DNA of 47,979 nucleotides from Polymyxa betae A26-41 (taxonomy: Eukaryota; Protista; Endomyxa: Phytomyxea). The stretch is taken from assembly GCA_003693705.1 (NCBI GenBank), contig RBZT01000798.1:1-47979 (forward strand), in the 5' to 3' direction. The translations under genes were made by a program, and so were the position numbers. This document shows, one piece after another, positions 1 through 11,928 of the stretch. Below the pieces are notes generated by a model. The model saw only the letters and a list, made by a program, of their open reading frames with translations, did no database searches and was not told the DNA's origin. The first letter of the stretch is position 1. Every line of letters begins with the position of its first letter.

Positions 1-346
1 ATCTGCATATGCGTCTCTATTTTGATGTTTCACCCAAATCAATTTTTGGCAAAATTTTCTCAAATCACCATTGCGTTTAGGTCTGTCCGAGGGATTTCTT
101 CTCTTTTGTCTTGAGCCCCTGTCGAAATCCGCAGATCATTATCGAATTGTATTGGATTGTGGAAAAATCGGCTGTTTTTGCAAGGTCATTCATTTGGCGT
201 CTTTCCGCGATTTCCTTCCAGTACCTAGGAGTAAAAGTGCAGATTCATGGTATTGTTGCTCTGGAGCTCAGCAAGCTTATCGGCAACGTTCTGAGCTACT
301 AAACATGTGTACTATATTCGTTTGGTCATATATCCAGTTGCTGTAA

Positions 347-574
347 TGAGGCGTATCTCTTTTCTGACTGGCTGCTGTCGTGACTCCCAGTCCGGTCCAG
401 TACGACCTGACCATCAACGAGGCTGAGTCACGACATCCACGGCGTTCGTAGCGAGAATCTGTGTTTATTCTTAATAGAATCGGATTTATTACTACCAATT
501 CGATTTCGCCAACTTTCCTAGTGGAATTCGTGTTCCAGCTAAAACCCTACCAGCCCCAGCTGAAATACGTTACA
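347..574. mobile_element. Solo LTR (228 bp), copy 1
   Basis: Starts TG and ends CA, with imperfect inverted termini (TGAGGCGTAT...ATACGTTACA). Flanked by 4-bp direct repeat GTAA (343-346, 575-578). Both ends are identical to the copy at 5663-5831. Confidence 0.85.
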
Positions 575-1111
575 GTAATCATGTTAGAATTTCAGTATCG
601 ATATGAATATGTCGCTGTCAATGTATTAGAGAGATTATCCTCTCTAATCCCGCCTATAATGAGATCATTCTGATATAAAACTAGATTTTAACTAATCGAA
701 TCACAGTGTGGTGTTAATGCCAAGTTAGAAATATTGTTATAAAACAATTCGAAATGAAGTTGGATTGAGTCATAATCTCATCAAGCACCTAGTGGTTGCT
801 GACTTACAGAGGAATTATCACTCGTCTGATTCAGAGGAGAGTGATTCCTCAACATGTCTGCCAAAAGAGGCCGCCCTTCAAGCTCTCGAAATTCGAATAT
901 CGACACTCCGGTAGACGAATAAATGCAATAGATCCGCTGCAAGATAACAACTTAATTCATGCCCACTATTTTTAAGTAATGGGGTTGATGCAAGCCATTA
1001 TCGCATGGGTAACAAATGCCCGTTTTTCAAGAAAGACGAAATAGCTAGTTGAAATATGAAATAAATTTGATAGACTTCCAAGGTGGATCTATGACTGCCT
1101 GCACACTATTA

Positions 1112-3063
1112 CAGTCCTCCCTCTTTATAACGACCCTGGCGGAGTATTCTTTATAACGACATTGTCGTTATAAAAGTCTATGGGGTTTCTAACGGGTTAT
1201 GGACCATTTGAATGTATTAGTTACTCGCAGCAGTTGTTGCACAGAATCGGTTTTAAGATTTATTTCTCGAATAGATACAATATTAAAGCTTTGCAAACTT
1301 CGTGAAGCTCTTCTGGCAGTTCTTGGGGGCTATCCCGAAAAGTGTTTAACAAATTTTCGATGCGCTTCGATTTGTCGTCGTTAGCTTCAGTTTGCTCGCA
1401 ATCAGAGCTGGCTTCGTCCATCTCCCCGCCAATGAAATAATCTAATCCGGGCTCTTCTTCTATTGGCAGATCGTCGTCGAATTGAATGAATTCGGAGGCA
1501 TCTAGCGGATCTTGAATCGACATTTTTGAAATCAAATCCGCAAGTTCTTCATCTAAAGCCGCATTGCCTGTTCGATTTGCGTCGTTGATTTCTGAGCTAT
1601 CGATCTCCAAGATCCATTCTGTCGGAATGAATTTGGGTTTTTCTCCAGCAATTGGAGATTGTACGCTGAGAAATCATGTTCATGGCGTGGTCCACCCAGA
1701 TAACTGCGTGATTCAATTGTGGTGTCATCATTGACGGATTTGAGTTGGCGTCATTTAGGATAGCATGATCGTATTTTGCCACGACCCACTGTAGAAACAG
1801 CTTTCTGTAAATGTGCTTGAAACTTGAAATGATGCCTGCATCCAAAGGTGGAATTAATGATGTGACATTAGGAGGAAAGTATAGCACAGTCATATTCGAT
1901 AAGCGATATGCTTTAAACGATCCTATGAAGTCAGGTTCTTGATCGCGTAAAATGTGGCTAGTAGCGTTATCGCAGAGAAGAACATGCCGGCGCTGGGATT
2001 GAAAATTTTGATTCAACACAGATAAATAGCTTTTCCAGACATCAGACGTCATCCAAGCTTTCGAGTTCCAGTAGTAATGTGCAAAATTTTGAACATCAAA
2101 GTCCCTGAAACTTCGCGGCTGCTTACTTACACCGATTATGAGTGGCTTGATCTTCTCAATGCCAGATACGTTGACGCATAAGCCAACAGTGATTCGTTGT
2201 TTTTGTTTTTTAGAGCCAGTCAGCTGACTTCTAGCGATAGATTTCTTTGGATCCGCTTTCCAAAAAAGAGCAGTTTCATCAAAGTTGAAAACATCATCTG
2301 GATTGAAGAGCCCGATGATTGCGGGGAGGTCGCGGACAGAATCGTAAGCGCTTTGGAAATCAGCCTCTGACGACTCTCCATGCAAAACAAAACTTTTCAG
2401 CTGATGTCGTTTCTTGAATTTCTGTAACCATCCATTGGAAAGACGTAGTTCTTTGCCGATGTTCAGGGCGTTTTTCATTTCCGAAGCCTTTTGAATGATT
2501 ATGTCTTCAGAAGTGAGTATATTGTTGGCATTTGCTTGCGCGATCCAGCGAATAAGTGCAGAGTCTAGAGAAGGAAATTTGCATGGCCTGGCTCTTTTCA
2601 AATCAGGGGAATGTGCATGATCCTCGTACTTCTTAACGTCTCTTACAATGCCAGAAATAGTCGAGCGGCATCCCTGATGCGATTCTACTTTTTTTTTCTG
2701 TAATGCTGTCATTGTATATTCGGCAAATCAGCTGATTCTCGGCTATCCCGAACGACGCTCTCTTTCTCGAAGGAGTAGGGACCATGAAGATAAAAGTGGT
2801 CTGAGAGTCAGACGCAATGCTGCCCTTCCAGCTAGCTAGTCTAAGGTTGACGAGACATGGTAGAAAATCAAGTTTGTATTGTTAATGATCGAGATGAGAA
2901 ACGAAGAGCCCCATTAGAATGTCATCTGACAGGCATGGGCCGCGCCGCCATGTCATTAATGTCGTTGTAGAGAATCCATACAACAATATCCGTACAAGGT
3001 AACATTATCGGGCTTATATGGAGATGTCGTTATAAAACGTGTCGTTATAGAGAGGGAGGACTG
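1112..3063 (-). mobile_element. pogo/Tigger-like (Tc1/mariner superfamily) DNA transposon, full length but degenerate
   Basis: 23-bp TIRs CAGTCCTCCCTCT(T/C)TATAACGAC at 1112-1134 and 3041-3063 (1 mismatch). TA on both flanks (1110-1111, 3064-3065). Extra subterminal TTATAACGAC motifs near 1151-1172 and 3026-3035. Encodes a transposase. Confidence 0.95.
1260..2785 (-). pseudogene. CENP-B/Tc5-type HTH + DDE_1 transposase, frameshifted
   Basis: N-terminus MVPTPSRKRASFGIAENQLIC starts at 2785 in a different frame from ORF 1597-2712. That ORF has an HTH (LSNGWLQKFKKRH) and the motifs FNFDETALFWK, LLCDNATSH and PPNVTSLIPPLDAGII. The acidic tail is in ORF 1260-1610 after a second frameshift. Confidence 0.9.
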
Positions 3064-3323
3064 TAATATCTGCGCGCTGATAGAACATTTCCCCGCTAAA
3101 GGCTGGGTAGATGGCTCATGGTAGATTGTGATATCGCTGATAGACACCTGAAACCACACACAATCGTTCAGGACTTCAAAACTCCATGTTTGCAGCAGCC
3201 AAAAAGTTTCTCACATCGAGTGTCAGATTGGAGGAGACGATCGAAACCATCATCAACATAATAAATTTTTATTGTGATATAATATGAACTCTGAGATTGA
3301 GATCATTGAATGACTTTCATTAT

Positions 3324-4410
3324 TCAGTTGCGAGAATCACTAACTGGAATCAAGAACTTTTCTATATCTGTTGGCAGAAGATCTGCAATTGAACATTGAA
3401 TCTCTGGGAATGTTGTCAATCTCTCTGATATTACTTCATCAAATACTTCGATCAGCAAATCAAAACATTGTTGCGCACCCTTTAAGCTCCATTTCAAAAG
3501 CCGAATCGGCGTTTGAATCGTTTGATGTTCTTCATTATGAATATCATGAAGATATTCATACAGAGCCTGAACAATACAAAGACCTCGTCGAAGCATCTCT
3601 TCACGTTTGTAAAAGAGCCGCTTGAAAGAATATTCCACTTTTTGAAATGTGACTCCAGAATAAAGCAGCACCCCTTTGATCTTATAAATAAGCTTAGGAT
3701 CAGTAAACTTTCTGTAATCAGAACGATTTGGTTCGATATCAACGCCTTCTTCAACATGAGCCAAAATATTCTTGAATCTCAATATAATCTATGAAGTGAC
3801 ATTCAGTCAAATGTTGTTGAGAGAATCGAAGTCCTCTTCGTTCACAGAAATGCTTTAAAATATGGAAATTCTCAATCGTGTTCAGGGGACTGAACATCCA
3901 GTTTGATTCAGCTTTGGTGATGAATGGATAATCCGGGTCCTCCCATAAAGGATATTCTGGAGGATAACTCGGTTCAAATCCATGAATATATCCAGTCGGA
4001 AATTGAATATCTTCTCGTTTTGGGAATTGAGGGAATATTTCATCTATTGTTTGGAGGAGAACTTTGAATTGAAGTTCTGGTGACAGATTACAGTCTAGAA
4101 TGCCACTGATCACATCAAATCGATCCCTCATCCATTCATCTGTACCATTAGTACTGTCTCCTTCAGTTTCATACTGAAAATCAGAATTATGATCTTCAGA
4201 TTCAGAATCATTTGGGTGAGATAATTCGTCGAATATGTCTTCTGGATTCCTGAGAAGGGATGGAGCACATAACAGAACGTATTCTCGAAAGAATTCAAAT
4301 TGATGATTCTCCAGAGCGATCGCAATCACTTGGCTGTTAAAGAACATTCCACCAAATTTCAACTTGAACATCTGTAGACACTCCATATCACCAGATCGTG
4401 CGTGGACCAA
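3324..4410 (-). pseudogene. 5'-truncated, frameshifted member of an orphan helical protein family (paralog of 31864-34919)
   Basis: ORFs 3751-4410 and 3324-3782 overlap in different frames. HARSGDMECLQ..FGGMFFNSQVIAIALENHQFEFFREYVLL aligns by eye with AARSGDLTVLQ..FGGVVYDVNVAQAALKSGNMEFWEKFVLL at ~31.99 kb. The 5' end abuts repeat/TE sequence. Confidence 0.7.
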
Positions 4411-4484
4411 TCCATACAGGGAGACACACCCCGTACCCCGCTAACTTCACAGATTGGTACCGCTGCGGGATCATGTATGGCCAA

Positions 4485-4567
4485 AAATCCATGTCTCGAC
4501 CTTGATTCGAACCCAGAACCTTACGATGTCTGCACCCACCCATATGAACCAATTACACGACCCGCTA
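4485..4567 (-). pseudogene. Degenerate tRNA-derived sequence (pseudo-tRNA or SINE head, possibly Cys-GCA derived)
   Basis: Minus strand has A-box-like GTGTAATTGG, a TGCAGA loop and B-box GGTTCGAATC at tRNA spacing, then TTTTT. The acceptor stem does not pair. Confidence 0.4.
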
Positions 4568-5290
4568 TAGGATGGAACGTCGACTTCATGAACGGACACG
4601 GCAAGACGATCACCAGGAATCTTACATCAATCGAATCGTTCACCAAAACGGCATGAGAGACTGCAACGCGGTCAAGACGCCAGCCCTAGAGGGACAGCAA
4701 AATAAGACTGAATCCGAAGAAACAGAGACCGATTTCCCGTACAGCGAAAGCTGTTCGTAGCCTGTTATATACCGGAACTCATAGCCCAAGCGACACCCTA
4801 CGCCGCGCGATTCGCTGCCAATCCGACCAGAGAACATGTACAGGAAGTGAAAACAATCCTGCGATACCTGAAAGGCAAGATCGACACCGGCACAATCTTT
4901 AAAGAGAGCACTGCCTACAAGCTTGAAGAAGACGCTGATTCCGACTTTGCCAACGACCTGAGCGACGCACGCTCAACGACGGGATTTATCTTTAACACAA
5001 ACGGACTGATCAGCTGGAAATCTCGACGACAACAACTAACAGCATTATCGACAGCGGAAGCTGAGGTGAATGCGCTCGTAGAAACTTCAAAAGAAGCAAG
5101 CTGGTTAGCAACAATGCTGAAGGACATGAAGCTCTTACCTTCCAACTATACAGCCAAGATGTATGAAGACAACGCCGGCAGCTTCGCGATCGTTTACGAT
5201 CGACGAGCGCCTACCAGCAGCAAGCATATTGCAGACCGCATCTGCTACATTCGTGACCTCATCAACTCTGGCATCATCACTGTCGCAAAG
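4567..5290 (+). mobile_element. Ty1/Copia retrotransposon fragment (RT C-terminus + RNase H), degenerate
   Basis: Motifs HQESYINRIVHQNGMRDCNAVKTP, ILRYLKG, ADSDFANDLSDARSTTGFIF, ISWKSRRQQLTALSTAEAE, YEDN and SKHI...YIRD are canonical Copia RT/RNase H. Frameshifts and internal deletions are present. Confidence 0.92.
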
Positions 5291-5662
5291 TCGCGTATTG
5301 TACCTGTTGATTTTTTTATTTATTTTTTTCAGAACTTTGATATAATTCATTGCTTGAGTTGTGTGATTCTCGTCAAACGCACAGTTAGCACTTCCTGCCG
5401 CCAATTACGAGCTGCAGAATGTAGCTGCTCAGGCTGCAGTCGATCCTTGCCGACAAACTCATTCTGATAGTAACCACACCATATCATACAAACTCTCACA
5501 CAAACAACAACAACCCCAAGATGAGCTCACCCAGCAATACTCGCTCAAGGCAATAATCACATCACTATGGATATAGATGAGCAGCAGGTTAACAAACCAT
5601 GCTAAACGCACCCGGCCAATAGATCCCCACACCGATTTAAAAACGGAAACTGTTCCGAAAGC

Positions 5663-5831
5663 TGAGGCGTATCTCTTTTCTGACTNNNNNNNNNNNNNNN
5701 NNNNNNNNNNNNNNNNNNNNNNNNNNNNNNNNNNNNNNNNNNNNNNNNNNNNNNNNNNNNNNNNNNNNNNNNNNNNNNNNNNNNNNNNNNNNNNNNNNNN
5801 NNNNNNNNNGCCCCAGCTGAAATACGTTACA
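5663..5831. mobile_element. Solo LTR, copy 2 (interior is an assembly gap)
   Basis: First 23 and last 22 bases are identical to the ends of 347-574. TG...CA termini. It has its own 4-bp TSD AAGC (5659-5662, 5832-5835). Confidence 0.85.
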
Positions 5832-6772
5832 AAGCAGACAACCGCAAAGGCAGCAACACACTATGTCTCGTTGACCTCACTGGCAGAGTTTAATGCATTT
5901 GTAAAAATACTTCGAAATAAGGACAAGAATATTGACGGAGCGAATACTTGCAGATACGGGAGCTTTACCATCAATTGGGACAACAAACAGGTCATTGAAT
6001 TGAGGGCTTTTTCTTGTTTCTCCGCCTGTGCTACGAAAGGCATGATTTATGAATTATTTCTCACTCTCATTACAGCAGATAATGGAAAAAAGCAGAATTT
6101 TGTGAAAGTAAATAATGCAAGGTATATTCCCAATCGAGATTTGATATCACCAGTCTCTGGGCAAAACATTTGGAAAAGTCGGAGCTCATAGCGCGCCGCT
6201 CGACGATATAGGGGCAGCGACAAGCGCAGAAGTGAGGAGAAAGGGGACCGACTTCAAGAACGATACTATACTAAAATTTTATGCCACAACATTTAGGTGA
6301 AACTGAGATTTGCCCAAAAGACAGTTTAATAGATCCGATAGAGAGGTAGCATCCAAGATCCGGATGAGAGGACTGAATCACGCAGATTACGGTCGTGACT
6401 CACATTAAGGTTGAACGACTCATCAATGATCCGAAAATTTCTATCGAACAGATAGCGAAAGCACCACGCGGATAAACGAACATTATACGCCATCAATGAA
6501 TTAGCTCTACCGGTAGTAAAGATAGAGAGTCTACTGACAGAATTATAGCAGACGTGAACTTGTGGTGTTTTAGTCTGAAGTGAGAGCGCTGCCCGCTGGG
6601 ATGTGGAAGTCAAACCTCAGCCGACCTCTGTCTTCAAGATCAATCTGAATGATAATGCCACTTTCGGGTCAAATTGCCGGGCTCGGCTGATTCAACAAAA
6701 ACTGCGTCAGTCAAACAGCGTCCGCGAAGGCTTCTGACCATCGTCGGTCGTCATTTTGAATTGAAGCGAATC

Positions 6773-9700
6773 ATGAGATCTCTAGTGCTGCTGATAGGAC
6801 TGCTTGCGTCCACGGTCCATGTTCTTGCTGCGGATCCTGAATTGGATTCCAACCTTCATCCCGGTGATGACGATTGTCGGAACTCGGAATCGGAGCCTTC
6901 CGATGTCGATCAACCCCATCACCATGTTATAGCTCGCGATAAATATGAATCTCTGACCATGCTATGTGAATATCCGAGTGTATTTCTCAAATATTTACCT
7001 GATCATATTATGGAGATCTCTTCTGGTCCAGAACTCAATCTATTGGCATCTTTCTGTCGATTCACCAAAAGAGACCAAAAGTTGCGCTTTCTGATTGCAT
7101 CTTTCTGTAAATTTACCAAAAAGGACAACAAAATTCACGTTTACGTGAAAGATGATCTGTATGAGGTTATTAATGGAAGTGATCGAGATATTCGACTTGA
7201 AATATTGTACTCATTATCATATATTAATGTGAATAATGATATACAATCACATATTATTAATAGATGTGGCCATGTTATATCACAAGATTTATTACATGCT
7301 GCATCATTATCATATCAACATGTTTCTGAGTATCTCGTACACACATTTCCACTACGTCAACATGATCTATTACGCATAACTCTGTTTAATAATCTCGAGT
7401 TGAACGACCTCATTATGGAGCTTCTCCTTTCAGCCATTCCTCCAGCTGAATTTCCCAATATTTTATCTGATTTTGTTATATATCGGTAACAACATCATTA
7501 TGATCGGATTAAATCCCATTTCTTATCCACTTCAGGCGGCAACATTCGGCCAGTATTCCCTGGAATGTATTCGGACGTGTCATGGCTCAACATCTGAATA
7601 TGATCCCCTTCACATCCGGAAGCGAATTTGTCCAATTTATGCTACAATCGATCGAGGATCAAATCTCCAATCTATCAGTAAGAATTCCCTTCTCTCCGGA
7701 CGTACTGGTCCTTACGTTTCTCTTCATAGTCTTTCACGGACTATCAACATATTCAAACTACATTGTTGTTCTCTGCTATTTACATCTCTACACCTGATAA
7801 CTTCAACGATTCGCTCTACAAACTGATTGATCTCCTCACACATCCGGACCTGAAATGTATTTCTAACGGGCCAGTATTCCTCGACTCGATCTGTTCGCAT
7901 TTCGTGGCTGTGCTTGGCGATGGTCAGCATAATCTGGAGTACTATTCCTTGTTTCGTCTTGTTAATGATCGATTCTGCAATGGAATCCTCAGCGAAGCTC
8001 TGCAATCGTCATCGTTTGTTAAATTTATCATCGCTCTGGACAAACTAACTTTCCTCTCTGTTGAGTCTCGAAACCAGATCGTTGCAGATCATATCGAAAG
8101 CCGCGGGCATTTCAATAATTTCCGCCTGGACCTATTATTGAAGTCTTTGGATCGCAGTGAGAGTTTGGCAGTTATTGATTCAATAGTGAGATCCATGTAA
8201 CATTACTATTGACATTATCGAACTCAATCTGACATATTGTTCAGAGCGAGGTCATTCTCTCTAAACCAGAATCATTTATACACGGAGTTCCTGGTGCATC
8301 TTTATAATTTCGCTCTAAATCATGACTTCCTGCAGGATCTGATGTTTACACTTTCCACACGCTATTTCAGGTACAGATTACGTTTCCGCTCTAAATGTTC
8401 CTCAATTTATTCGTGCTCAGCAATGAAGCTAATATTTATACTCTCTTCTTTCTAATCCAACAATGTTCCGACGAATTCATTAATACGCCTAAAAATCGAA
8501 CAGTCATCAACTACATTTTCGAACTCCATACGATTATGTTCAATAATGATATTGTCCGCACAATTGTTACATCTGTATTACAACGTTTAACTGCTGAATC
8601 GCTCGCAGCGGTTTTTGAGAGACTTCTAAGGTCTGAACTGTATCGAAATATTGTGACATCTTAAATCTCAATTATGTTACAGTTCCGGTGGATATCGTAT
8701 CTTCAATGAGATCAGCGCGGGTTGGTCCCAAGAAAATGCCCGAGAATTCCAAATCGCTTCCCTATTAACCGTCGATCCTCATATATGGGCGCTCACATTC
8801 CGGACCCAGATCACAGAGCAGATTACTGAGCGCGGCCTTCATGCTTTTTGTCAATCCTGGTTCCGACATCGGAACCAGAACAGCGTGGCCAAATGTCGTC
8901 GTGCAGTTGTGTGGATGCTTTGGTGTAACGAAGGTGAACAATTTCTGCAACTTCCGGACTTGCTCGATCTACTCGACTACGCACCTAGATTGCATTTGTA
9001 TATATTGAGCTAGGGTTTATGAATAGCCCTGTCTGACATTCATTCTTAGACTAATCAACGACTTCGGCAACTTTCAACGGTTACTATGTTACCTACTTGA
9101 TCAGAACCCTCAAACCCCATATCGCCTGTCACCCTTTGTTGGAGTTGTGCTGCGTTCAGACCGCCCTGGAATGTTCTACGAGATTATCCGTCACTGGTAA
9201 CGTTACAGATTTGTGTAATGTTATCTCATTGTCTCATTCCATTCAGTTACAGCTCGAATGATGATTTCACTGCCGACCAGCACGACCAACGACGTCTGTT
9301 CTGTCTTCAACTTTATTTGGATCTGGTCCAGTATTACCCATCAATGGCTAACAGGGCGATTTGTAGGTCGCAAGTAGCCGAAGCTGTCGATTCTTCCATC
9401 GTTTCATCACTTCTGCGGGATGTCTTGCTAAAGTATCATAATTTTGTTTAATCTTGCTTATGTTTCTTAATGATCCTTTGTAGGATGGCTACGGATATGT
9501 CTCGGGAGCTAAAACTAAATGATGACCTTCTGCTGAGGATCTCGCAGTTCTATTCCAATGATCTTCTATTATCACTACTTGATCAGAACCCACAACTCCC
9601 ATATCGCCTTTCACATTTTGCTCAGATTCTGCGGCATTTAGAACGTCCTGAAAATTTCTACGAGATTATCCTTCACTGGTAACATTACAGATTTTGTATT

Positions 9701-11928
9701 GTAATTGTATCTTATTGTCTCATACCATTTAGTTACAACCCGAATGGTGATTTGACTGCAGACCTGCACGACCGCCGACGCCGGCTCTGTCTTGATCTGT
9801 TTTTGGATCTGGTAAAATGTTACGGATATATGGCAACCGAGTGGGTTTGTAGTTCAGAAATAGACGCAGCTGTCGGTTCTTCCATCGTTACGTCACTCCT
9901 GCGGGATGCCTTGCAACTGTAACATATCTCTTTCAGATCTTGCTTATGTTACCCCCTGATCCCTTGTAGGATGGCTACGGACCTGTCTCGAAAGATAGCC
10001 CTCAAGGATGACCTTCTGTTGAAATTCTCGCAGGTCTATTCCAATGACCTTCTATTCTCACTATTTGATCAAAACCCACAACTGCCATATCGCTTCTCTC
10101 CCTTTGCTCAGGTTCTGCTGCGTTTAAAGCGTCCTGAAATGTTCTACGAGATTATCCGTCACTGGTAACATTACAGATATGCGTAATTTTCTGTATCTGT
10201 CTCATTCCATTTAGTTACAGCCCGAATGGCGAATTGACTGCTGTCCTGGTCGACCGCCGACGCCGGTCCTGTCTCGATCTGTTTTTGGACCTGGTAGATT
10301 GTGACCCAGAAATGGCAGCCAAGTGGGTTTGTTGCTCGCAAGTTGTCGCGGCTGTCGATTCTTCCATTGCTACAACACTTTTGCGCGATGTATTGCAAAA
10401 GTAACATAATCCTCTCCGATCTTGATTCTGTTTCCCAATATTTCCTTGTAGGATGGCTACGGACTTGTCTAGGCCGCTAAAATTATATGGTGACCTGGTG
10501 TCGAGAATCATACAGCTCTATTCAAAAGATCTTCCACGGTCACGTCAGAAGTGGCTGCAGAACATCAGTGTGATGATTGATATTCCGTCGAACCGCGCTC
10601 GTCACCTCGTCCTCCTCATTCTCACGAAGTTCCCGTCGCATTTTGTACTGAATCATTTCGTTGTCATCGAGCGCCTGATTCGAGAGATGCCACTCACGGA
10701 CTTTAACCGAATCTTCGCCTCTAAATCCATCTTCTGGCATCTGTTACTGGCTTTAAATGAAGAGGAGTAAGCGAAACCCTAACACTCATTGTACTCTAAT
10801 TGCTTTCATTAGCCTTAACTTTACCACGGACATTGTCCAGTATATCATTGAAAACTCGTCCCTTTCCGTGATCATCTCCAAATCCGATTTTCTGGAAATA
10901 TTACCCAAATTGAATCAAACTCCGTTGCGTTTATTAAGCCGCTGTATCTGCTCTATATGGTTCGGCCGGATTCTCAGACCACGGACTTTATGTTGAAATT
11001 CAGTTAGGTCTCAGGGGGCTGCGCCTCAGTCTGCAACAGACCGAGCTGCACTCGGACTGGTTTTGATCACCATCATTCATCATCGTCTTTTGGCTCCGAG
11101 GACATATCCGGATTCGGTGTTTGTGGAGCTCAATTCGTGCCTGAATCCGGATTCGGTGATTGTGGAGCTCAATTCGTGCCTGAATCACATCCTGTAACGT
11201 AGAGTAACGATTTCAGGGCAGTGGTCTGACTCTGTGACAGGAACTTGAGTTTTGATGAACGTTCGTTGCGGAACTATCAATTAGCCGCTTTGAAAGGGTC
11301 GCCTTTGGCATTCTGTGTCGCCTTTCCACTGTCTGATGGTTTTACAGCATCGTTGAACTTAAAAAACGATCACTCTTTGGCTCTGCGGGTTACGATGGTT
11401 TTTATCGGTTGGCACCCTCTTACATGCAGGTTAAGAATAAAGTTCGAGATCTCGAGGAGAGGTTGTTTCGTTGCTTCGTCGCCAACTTCAATCTATCTGA
11501 TAATGTTATGTTACAGAATATGTCCGCTTGAGTATTCAGCAGAGGACTTTCACCCCGAAAAGCTCCCTTTCAGGTCGGTTTTCGATACCACGGAATCGTC
11601 TGCCTGATTTCTGAGCCTTCATTACAGAATCATGGAGTCTGAAGCTATCGTACATATGATATTACGGCTTCAATTGGACTTCCAGGATGAGTCACATCGG
11701 TTGCTCATCGAGTATGGACTGCGGAGTTTCGGCTCGGAACGGCTCGTTGAAATTGATATGCTGAAGCGTTTGCTGGAGCTTTATCAAAGAACGGATGCGT
11801 CTTGGTGGAAGAGAATTCTCTGGTTTAAACCCATATCTGGGCAAGTCCGTAAGCTTTTGGGGCGAAGTAGCCGAAGAGCGGATGTGAAGAATTTCTTTGC
11901 ATCCAATCAGATATTTTGGTTTGTCTGA
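6773..11928 (+). CDS. Large predicted secreted orphan protein (~1420 aa, 18 exons) with internal exon-pair repeats
   Basis: Signal-peptide-like start MRSLVLLIGLLASTVHVLA|AD. Removing GT-AG introns 7486-7535, 7678-7729, 8197-8244, 8371-8420, 8631-8682, 8998-9049, 9197-9246, 9433-9483, 9679-9732, 9919-9969, 10165-10214, 10401-10451, 10767-10812, 10960-11007, 11194-11240, 11430-11516 and 11574-11627 gives one open frame of 4263 nt ending at TGA 11928. Intron 14 boundaries are ambiguous. Intron 16 is stop-free and in frame, so it could be exonic. Confidence 0.8.
9090..10530 (+). repeat. Intragenic tandem duplication, ~485-bp unit (195-nt exon + intron + 186-nt exon + intron), ~3 copies
   Basis: GAGATTATCC(G/T)TCACTGGTAAC recurs at ~9180, ~9662 and ~10148. 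TGTAGGATGGCTACGGA recurs at ~9479, ~9965 and ~10447. The introns are also similar between copies. Confidence 0.92.
11106..11186 (+). repeat. 39-bp in-frame tandem duplication (PDSV[F/I]VELNSCLN x2)
   Basis: ATCCGGATTCGGTG(T/A)TTGTGGAGCTCAATTCGTGCCTGA occurs twice with one mismatch. Confidence 0.95.

Noticed and set aside
347-5831. One full-length LTR retrotransposon spanning both LTR copies
   Set aside because: Each LTR has its own distinct TSD, and the interior holds unrelated insertions rather than gag-pol.
6674-11928. Alternative genetic code or stop readthrough to explain the fragmented ORFs
   Set aside because: Canonical ~50-nt GT-AG introns remove all stops in the intact genes. TAA, TAG and TGA all serve as terminal stops, and no suppressor tRNA is present.
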